From the NCBI GenBank assembly GCA_013415565.1, contig JAAEET010000001.1:1-63979 (forward strand): a stretch of 63,979 nucleotides of DNA, in the 5' to 3' direction. Shown here piece by piece: positions 27,682 to 34,330 of the stretch (position 1 is its first letter; each line of letters opens with the position of its first letter). Origin of the DNA: Methanomicrobiales archaeon. Its GTDB lineage: Archaea > Halobacteriota > Methanomicrobia > Methanomicrobiales > Methanospirillaceae. Below the pieces are notes generated by a model. That model saw only the letters and a list, made by a program, of their open reading frames with translations, searched no databases and was not told the origin of the DNA. A program made the translations under genes and the position numbers.

Positions 27682-28041
27682 ATGTGGGAGCAAAACCTCT
27701 TTGAAATGGTAAAAGAGCATCTCTGTTCCTGCTCTGCCAATCCCGCCCTATCCCCGAATATCGAAGCTGTCCTGAAGATGCCGATGCGGGAGCTGCATGT
27801 CTCGATCCCGGTCAGGATGGATGACGGCTCGATCCGGGCTTTCCAGGGATTGCGGGTCCAGTACAATGATGCGCCCGGGCCGACCAAGGGAGGGATCCGC
27901 CGCCTCGAGAAGAAGATGACAGAAGCGTACCGTTCGATGCGGGATCTCGCCTCCCGGAACAATGTCCCGATGCGCCAGGCGGCCTCCTCTATTGCCGTCG
28001 GGCGGGTGGTGCGGGCGATGCAGCTGCCGGGGTGGATCTGA
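27682..28041 (+). pseudogene. Glutamate dehydrogenase remnant: the N-terminal ~73 aa are fused in frame to the C-terminal ~46 aa, and the catalytic core and NAD(P) domain are deleted
   Basis: ...ELHVSIPVRMDDGSIRAFQGLRVQYNDAPGPTKGGIR matches the GDH N-terminus up to the GGIR motif. The sequence then jumps to RLEKKMTEAYRSMRDLASRNNVPMRQAASSIAVGRVVRAMQLPGWI*, which matches the GDH C-terminal helices. Confidence 0.75.
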
Positions 28042-28149
28042 CGGGGCTGCACCCGATCATCCTCACCGTCTCCTGACGGTCCCCTGGCAGGAAGCGATGG
28101 TTTATAAGGATCCTTCGAAAGAGAGTACTGGAAACGGGGAGAGACCGGT

Positions 28150-28749
28150 ATGACCGGAACGGTGATTACGCCAGAGTTCTTTTCGTGGGTGATTCTCCCC
28201 CTCATGATCTTTTTCTTCCGCATCTGTGACGTCAGTCTCGGTACCCTCCGGGTCATCTTCATCGCCCGGGGCCTGAAGTACATCGCACCGGTGATCGGAT
28301 TCTTCGAGGTCATCATCTGGCTGCTTGCCATCGGGCAGGTGATGAGCAACGTCACCAATGTCGCCTCCTATATCGCCTACGGCGGAGGGTTTGCCGCCGG
28401 TACGTTCATCGGGATGAAAGTCGAGGAAAAGCTCCGCCTGGGGACCGTGGTTGTCAGGGTGATATCTCCCGATGATGTCACCCCGCTGGTCTCCTACCTG
28501 CGGCAGCGGAGCTTCGGCGTCACCATCGCCGACGGCGAGGGATCCAAGGGGAAGGTGAAGATCATCCTCTCGGTGATCAAGCGGCAGGATCTCGATGAAG
28601 TCATCCGGGGGGTCCGGGACTATCTCCCGAAGGCATTCTACTCGGTGGAGGAGATCAAATCGGTAGCCGACGGGGTGTTCCCCCAGAAGCGGTCGCTCTT
28701 CCTCTTCGGGTACCGCGATCCCTTCGGATATTTCCGGAAGGGTAAATGA
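28150..28749 (+). CDS. UPF0316 / DUF2179 family membrane protein
   Basis: Three N-terminal TM helices (RICDVSLGTLRVIF) and a C-terminal DUF2179-like soluble domain (FGVTIADGEGSKGKVKIILSVIKRQD). Confidence 0.65.
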   Translation: MTGTVITPEFFSWVILPLMIFFFRICDVSLGTLRVIFIARGLKYIAPVIGFFEVIIWLLAIGQVMSNVTNVASYIAYGGGFAAGTFIGMKVEEKLRLGTVVVRVISPDDVTPLVSYLRQRSFGVTIADGEGSKGKVKIILSVIKRQDLDEVIRGVRDYLPKAFYSVEEIKSVADGVFPQKRSLFLFGYRDPFGYFRKGK

Positions 28750-28767
28750 AAAGAGGGGGCCGGTTTC

Positions 28768-29952
28768 CTAGCCGGTCGCGCTCGAATCGTCGGAAATCCT
28801 CCCCCGGAACGGGAAGTCCGGGAGATCCTCGTCCTCGTTGCCCGCGATCCTGCAGTCATCGATGAGCTCCTCGTAATCATCGAACCAGTACGCCGAGGGA
28901 TTGCTCCGGAATGCCATGAACCGTCCCATATCCGACGGATGTGCGGCCTGGTGGTACTTGAAGAAGACGGCATCGGCAGTCCGGCCGACGACCTCGATCT
29001 TGCCGGTGGCATGCGACATCACGAACCGGGCACGCTTGGCGAGCCCCGAGCAGCTTGCCTTGGCCCGTTCGAATATCTCATAGGCTTCTTCGAGCGGCAG
29101 CTCGAAGAGCCGGTTACCGAGCGTCGGGCGGCACTGGAAGACATAGTAGGGGGGTACGCCGATGAAGGAGAGCTTCCGGAAGAGTTCGGTCAGGACTTCC
29201 GGGTCGCTGTTGATGCCGCGGAGGAGCGGGGTCTGGTTGACGATGATCGCCCCTGCATCGCGGAGGAGATCGAGGGCCTCGACTGCCTGGGGAGTGAGTT
29301 CGCGGGGGTGATTGAAGTGGGCCATGATGTAGATCCGCTTCTCCCTGGTTGAATACGTCCGGATCATCTCCAAGAGCGAGGGATCATTCAGGATCCGGTA
29401 GGGATTGAAGGCCACCATCTTGCTCCCGATCCTGATGATCCCCACGTGGTCGATCGAGCGGAGAGCGCTGATCAGCGACTCGAGCCGGCTGGTCGCAAGG
29501 ATCAGGGGGTCACCCCCGGTAACCAGGACATTGGTGATCTCGGGATGGTTCCTGATGTACGTGATACCCTGTGAATAGTCGCGGATGACTTCATCGGCCC
29601 CGTTCATGAAGAGCCGTTTCCGGAAACAGAACCGGCAGAACGAGCCGCAGACATCCACCGCGAGGAAGAGGGCGGTCTGGGGATACTTGTGCTGCACTCC
29701 CGGGGCGACGGTGTAGGTCTTTTCGGACGAGGCATCAAGAGCCCCCCAGTCCTCAAGCTCCCGGGGGTCCGGGACCACGATCTTCCTGATGGGATCCTCC
29801 GGATCGTCCCAGTCGATGAGCGAGGCGTAGTACTCGTTTGTTCTGAAGGCAAACTTCCGGGTGACCTTCCCGAGGCATTCACGCTCCGCTGGCACGAGCC
29901 CTTCGAGCCGGTCGAGTGTGGTGAGATAGTGTGGATTCTTCATGGCCGGCAC
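28768..29952 (-). CDS. KamA-family radical SAM aminomutase homolog (not a canonical lysine 2,3-aminomutase)
   Basis: CGSFCRFCFRK (CxxxCxxC), TGGDPL, HFNHPRE, NQTPLLRGIN, YYVFQC, and a PLP-Lys in HATGK. Confidence 0.85.
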   Translation of the reverse strand: MPAMKNPHYLTTLDRLEGLVPAERECLGKVTRKFAFRTNEYYASLIDWDDPEDPIRKIVVPDPRELEDWGALDASSEKTYTVAPGVQHKYPQTALFLAVDVCGSFCRFCFRKRLFMNGADEVIRDYSQGITYIRNHPEITNVLVTGGDPLILATSRLESLISALRSIDHVGIIRIGSKMVAFNPYRILNDPSLLEMIRTYSTREKRIYIMAHFNHPRELTPQAVEALDLLRDAGAIIVNQTPLLRGINSDPEVLTELFRKLSFIGVPPYYVFQCRPTLGNRLFELPLEEAYEIFERAKASCSGLAKRARFVMSHATGKIEVVGRTADAVFFKYHQAAHPSDMGRFMAFRSNPSAYWFDDYEELIDDCRIAGNEDEDLPDFPFRGRISDDSSATG

Positions 29953-30280
29953 CTCCGTGAAAGCTGCTCCGGGCTCCGGTCCGGCCAGAGTCTGGATCCC
30001 CGTGAAAACTGTCCTTATCCACGTGACGGGCCGTTGTGAAGCCAGGATGAAACGGTTTTATAAACGCAATACTAGTATTTAATTATTACTTTCCCTGAAA
30101 GGATATATCCCCCATATTTTTGCCCGAATTCTTCCTGATTATGATTGCGCGGCGGCATTCCGGCCGGTTGCAGGGTACTTCCTACGATATCTTCAGTTCT
30201 CGTATCGCTGTTTTCCGGTACGGTGAATAGAGATGGACAAATTCGAACAGACGACGGACACAATGGCGAAGATGAGGTGA

Positions 30281-30368
30281 CCGGATCGGGTTTCCGCCTC
30301 CGATCCTCCTTCCCTCATTTCCGGATCGTTCACTTTCGCCCTGCAGAGAGGGCTTTTTTCCCGGATCG
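30281..30368. promoter_or_regulatory. Three copies of CCGGATCG phased exactly 40 bp apart (30281, 30321, 30361) in the kamA-like/bcp intergenic region
   Basis: Read directly. The sequence between the octamers is unrelated, so this is not a tandem duplication. Function unknown. Confidence 0.4.
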
Positions 30369-30555
30369 CACGCATAAAAGGAGGTGTCCCATCCCCGGTA
30401 TACCGGGATGCGGACACCAGGGGTTCGTCCGGCCGGTGAACGGGAACTTCTTCCACCGGCCGGGCATCGCTGACGAATACCGGTTCCGGAGATCCATGGC
30501 TGCGTATGCAACCAGTTTTATTTCCCTCCATCCTGACAGTTGTGCTGATCGATCC

Positions 30556-31035
30556 ATGTCAGAGAAACCAGACGATGCCATGAGGGGAAAACCCGCTCCC
30601 CTGTTCTGCTTGCCGGATGCCGCCGAAGCAACGGTGTGCCTCAAGGATCTCGCCGGAAAATGGGTCGTGGTCTACTTCTACCCCCGCGACAATACCCCCG
30701 GCTGCACCATCGAGGCGAGGGGTTTTTCCGATGCGGTGGACGAATTTGCCGCATTCGGGGCAGAAATCATCGGGATAAGCGCCGACACCGTTGACAGCCA
30801 CCGGAAATTTGCCGAGAAACAGAACCTCAGGTTCAGGATCCTCTCGGATGCGAGCCGCGAGGTGCTGCGGTCCTATGGAGTACTGAAGGGCGGGAACATT
30901 CTCGGCGGCATCGAGCGGAGCACGTTCCTCATCGGCCCCGACGGCCTGGTTTCCGTCGTTTGGCGGAACGTGAACGTCTTCCGGCATGTCGGCGAGGTAC
31001 GGGAGAAGCTGAAAGAACTGACCGGTGCCGGCTGA
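30556..31035 (+). CDS. bcp: Peroxiredoxin Bcp (thiol peroxidase)
   Basis: GKWVVVYFYPRDNTPGCTIEA active-site motif. The start is taken at ATG 30556; 30505 or 30580 are also possible. Confidence 0.85.
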   Translation: MSEKPDDAMRGKPAPLFCLPDAAEATVCLKDLAGKWVVVYFYPRDNTPGCTIEARGFSDAVDEFAAFGAEIIGISADTVDSHRKFAEKQNLRFRILSDASREVLRSYGVLKGGNILGGIERSTFLIGPDGLVSVVWRNVNVFRHVGEVREKLKELTGAG

Positions 31036-31037
31036 GA

Positions 31038-31724
31038 TCAGACCGGGAGGGTGCTGTCCGGGACCTTTCTGATGAGATCCTCCCCTTCCCGGGTCGCATC
31101 GTTGACCTGCCGGGAGACCCGGTAGGCCTCGAGGAGGTCCGCAGGGTAGGGGGTGAGGATTTCCGCGACCAGCCGGTCGGGGAGCCTTCCCGGCTCGAGC
31201 CACCGGGCCTCGTCATCCTCCCGCAGCAGCGCCGGCATCCGGTCATGGTAGCGGGAGACGAGGCTGTTTGCTTCCGTTGTGATGATCACGAAGGTGCGGA
31301 GCAGGCTCCCGTCCGGGCCCCTCCAGGTGTCATACAGCCCGGCGATGGCACAGAGCCCGTCGTCCTTCCGGTGGATGTAGTACGGCTCCGATACCTTTCC
31401 GGCTTTCTTCCATTCATAGAATCCGTTTGCCGGGACCAGGCAGCGGGACCGCTGCAGAGGGCTGCGGAACGAGGGCCGCTCGGCCAGGCTCTCACCCCGG
31501 GCATTGATCGGGCGGCGGACCGCCGAGGGGTCTTCTGCCCAGTGAGGGACCAGGCCCCAGACCATCTCCATGATGCTCCGCTCCCCGCTCTCCGGCAGGA
31601 TGATGACCGGCACGGGCTGTGACGGTGCGATGTTGAACCGCGGTTCGATCCGGATCCCGGCGGACTTCACCCCGAACCGCTCAGGGAGCCCGATGGTCAC
31701 GGTGATAGTGAAACGGCCGCACAC
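31038..31724 (-). CDS. SOS response-associated peptidase (SRAP/YedK-type abasic-site processing protein)
   Basis: The N-terminal MCGRF catalytic Cys2 and ...NARGE...FYEW... are SRAP hallmarks. Confidence 0.85.
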   Translation of the reverse strand: MCGRFTITVTIGLPERFGVKSAGIRIEPRFNIAPSQPVPVIILPESGERSIMEMVWGLVPHWAEDPSAVRRPINARGESLAERPSFRSPLQRSRCLVPANGFYEWKKAGKVSEPYYIHRKDDGLCAIAGLYDTWRGPDGSLLRTFVIITTEANSLVSRYHDRMPALLREDDEARWLEPGRLPDRLVAEILTPYPADLLEAYRVSRQVNDATREGEDLIRKVPDSTLPV

Positions 31725-31730
31725 GATAGA

Positions 31731-32489
31731 TCACCCGTTGCAGGAATCAGGGATGGTCAGGCGGCCGCTTATCCCCACGATCCCGGCCAGGTCACTGAAA
31801 TCATCGATTGCGTGATGGGCTCCGCCGTCCCTCCCCGGGCGGGGAAACCGGTCGCCGTACCGGGCATAGACCGTGGTCATCCCGAGCACCACGCCGGGCG
31901 CAATATCCCGCACCGGACTGTCGCCGACGAGCAGTGTCTCCCGTGCGGTAGTCTGCATCTGCAGGAGGGCGAAGAGGAAGGGGAGCGTGCTCGGTTTGTA
32001 GGAACCGGTCGCCTCGAAGGTCACCACCGGGTCGAAAAACTCGAGAAGACCGGTCCGCTCAAGCCGGGCACGCGTCTCGGGAAGACGGGCATCGGTCACC
32101 AGCGCCATCCGGAACCCGTGGTCCGAAAGCGTCCGGAGGGTTGAAACAACCCCCGGGAACGGCGTGAGATCCCGGAGCTTCTCTTCACGGTAGATTGTCG
32201 TGCAGTGACGGTACATCTCCTGGCTGAAGCGTCCCTGGTGCACGAGGAAGTCCCGGATATTTTCCGGGTCCTCGAATCCACCCTGCCTGCGGAGGAAATA
32301 CGAGAAGAGTTCCTCTGCATTACCGGCCCCGCAGTGTGCCGCAACCCGTCCGCAGGCCCGCATCTTTGCCCCGACCAGGTCAAAGAGGGTATTGTCCATA
32401 TCGAATATGACGGCCTTAACCGGTTTCCAAGGAATTCCTTTTTGGTTTTCCTGTGAATCCTTTTTTATGTCCTGCACAATCAGGTTCAT
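31731..32489 (-). CDS. HAD-superfamily hydrolase (subfamily IA)
   Basis: From internal ATG 32489: ...KAVIFDMDNTLFD (DxDxT), ...VTDA..., GDSPVRDI. The 92-codon upstream extension of the track ORF is low-quality sequence that overlaps the divergent gene. Confidence 0.7.
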   Translation of the reverse strand: MNLIVQDIKKDSQENQKGIPWKPVKAVIFDMDNTLFDLVGAKMRACGRVAAHCGAGNAEELFSYFLRRQGGFEDPENIRDFLVHQGRFSQEMYRHCTTIYREEKLRDLTPFPGVVSTLRTLSDHGFRMALVTDARLPETRARLERTGLLEFFDPVVTFEATGSYKPSTLPFLFALLQMQTTARETLLVGDSPVRDIAPGVVLGMTTVYARYGDRFPRPGRDGGAHHAIDDFSDLAGIVGISGRLTIPDSCNG

Positions 32490-32749
32490 CCTCGGGTGCT
32501 CAATGCACGTTTCTTTCCACGTCCACAATAGAGGAATTCCAGTATAATAGGTGCTCCGATCCTGTCCGGGGGTTTGATCCGGCTGCCGGGGAGCCGATGA
32601 CGGGGACCATCGATAAGTCCGGGATAGTCCGGGAGCGTGGGATCCTGGGACTGCCTGGTCGGGTTGTTCTGTCATGCTGAATTTACTTCTTTTTATAGAA
32701 AATCTTTTATAAGATATCCCGTAATGGGGTGTAAAGGAGTTGAAAAAAA

Positions 32750-33145
32750 ATGTCCCCTCCTTCACGTCGTAGCCTTATCCTGCTGGCACTGGTCTCCCTC
32801 CTGTGCATTTCAGTGACAGCCTCGGCTGAGCTCTCACGGCTCAATGTATCAGATATCCCAGGTTACAAAGTACCTTCGATTAACATTTCAGACATTCCGG
32901 GTTACAAAGTACCAAAAATGGGCATCTCAGAGTATCCGACCTACAAGGCACCCACGATAGGCGTCTCGGAAAATCCGAGTTACACATTACCCACGATCGG
33001 CATCTCGGAGTATCCGACCTACAAGGCACCCACGATCGGCATCTCGGAAATTCCGGGTTACACATTACCCACGATCGGGATATCGGAAATTCCGGGTTAC
33101 AAATTACCCAAGTTCGGCATATCAGAAAATCCGAGTTACCCGTAA
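32750..33145 (+). CDS. Small secreted protein made almost entirely of eight tandem 13-residue repeats (G-I-S-E-x-P-x-Y-x-x-P-x-I)
   Basis: AAGGAG lies 12 nt upstream of the ATG. The signal peptide MSPPSRRSLILLALVSLLCISVTASA is followed by repeats up to the stop. A T7 tract lies ~60 nt downstream. Confidence 0.6.
   Translation: MSPPSRRSLILLALVSLLCISVTASAELSRLNVSDIPGYKVPSINISDIPGYKVPKMGISEYPTYKAPTIGVSENPSYTLPTIGISEYPTYKAPTIGISEIPGYTLPTIGISEIPGYKLPKFGISENPSYP
32843..33142 (+). repeat. 39-bp tandem repeat, about 7.7 copies (coding)
   Basis: Units 3 and 5 differ at 2 of 39 nt, and units 4 and 6 are also near-identical, which suggests a 78-bp higher-order duplication. Confidence 0.9.
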
Positions 33146-33392
33146 TACACGACCAGATTATCCCCAGCAGCAGTGACCGATGAATAAAAATTATTCCGAC
33201 CTTTTTTTCCATGGATTCCCGGGGCACAGTATCGCGTTTCGCCAAAGATCATCATGTGGATTTCACAGCATTGGACCAGAATATCTGATCACGGGCAGGA
33301 GGTTTTTGGAATGTTCCGGATCAAAAAAATAGTGGTCGTTTCAGGATACCCAGTACAACAGGATGGTGACATGAACGGCAGGGGCATTCCCT

Positions 33393-33923
33393 TCAGTGCA
33401 GTTCCCGTATCCTGTCATGCGCGATCTGCCGCCTCACCCGTTTCTTATACGCCCGGACCCCTTTGAGAGAGACCCCCCATGCAGAGCAGAGTTCCCTGAT
33501 CTCCTTCGCCAGATCATCCGGGTCTGCCCTGTTTTTCCCGAGCAGGTTGAACATCACCAGGTTCGGGTTATCCGTACAGTTCAGGACATTCACCGTCAGG
33601 TTATCGTGATCGACATTGCGTGCCGCAAGATCGATGATGCCCAGGGACAAAAACCCGGTTTCTGTGGGTTCCACCAGGAACTGGATATAGAAATAACCCT
33701 CGGGTACGGCATTCTCCCGGGTTTCCGGATCCTGGTGCCCGCCGCACGAGCCGCAGGTATAGACGTCGGGGAGATCATTGAGCAAATCGACAAGTTTCCT
33801 GATCCGATCGTCAACGGTAACCGGGAGCGAAAGCACGGCGAATATGATCTCTTCCCGTGTCCTGTCACCGGAGACTTCCACGAATTCCTGCTTTCTGTCA
33901 CGACCGGGAGACATACCTCGCAA
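33393..33923 (-). CDS. Hypothetical protein (176 aa) with a TCGSCGGH motif
   Basis: Its amino-acid composition is far more protein-like than that of the overlapping plus-strand ORF, and a T7 tract lies ~65 nt downstream on the minus strand. No family recognised. Confidence 0.45.
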   Translation of the reverse strand: MRGMSPGRDRKQEFVEVSGDRTREEIIFAVLSLPVTVDDRIRKLVDLLNDLPDVYTCGSCGGHQDPETRENAVPEGYFYIQFLVEPTETGFLSLGIIDLAARNVDHDNLTVNVLNCTDNPNLVMFNLLGKNRADPDDLAKEIRELCSAWGVSLKGVRAYKKRVRRQIAHDRIRELH

Positions 33924-34330
33924 TCACCCTGCGGTATCACATTCACCGTGTACCCCGATGGTATGATGGCAGTACCAAAGAGATTTGCGGTGAATGAACC
34001 GGGTTTTTCAACCATTCGTGGATTTTGGATGAATACCGGTTCTTTGCGTCCGGTGCATCGTGATCCCGGTATCCCTTTGCCGGGATCCGGTCCCCCGATC
34101 TCACGGGCACAGGCGCTCCCGATCCCCGCAACAGACCGGGGTGGACCCTGTCCGGGATGAGGGGCCGGCCGGAAACGACGGCTGACCCTGATCCTGATCC
34201 GGCAGTCGGTCGAACGTTCCCTCACGGGAAGCGTCAGGGGAACGTTCCGGACCGATCGCCCGGTCCCGCACTCCTGCGGGAAAAAGGTATATCCATCCTG
34301 AAACGACACTCCCGTTCTGGGTTTGACGAT

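Noticed and set aside
25154-27720. Two long minus-strand ORFs (25154-26476 and 26380-27720) opposite the oxidoreductase genes
   Set aside because: They are antisense to genes with clear TPP and alpha-subunit motifs, and they have shadow-ORF composition.
30145-30555. 137-codon N-terminal extension of bcp
   Set aside because: The extension has poor coding character and contains the octamer array and the palindrome. Bcp proteins are ~155-160 aa, and the conserved region starts just after ATG 30556.
32490-32765. Upstream extension of the HAD hydrolase ORF, which overlaps the start of the tandem-repeat gene
   Set aside because: The HAD DxDxT motif lies 30 residues after the internal ATG at 32489. 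The extension crosses an AT-rich promoter-like region and has odd composition.
33396-34160. 254-aa plus-strand ORF opposite the 176-aa orphan gene
   Set aside because: Its Arg/Pro/His-rich composition is typical of an antisense frame. The minus-strand frame looks far more protein-like and is followed by an oligo-T tract.
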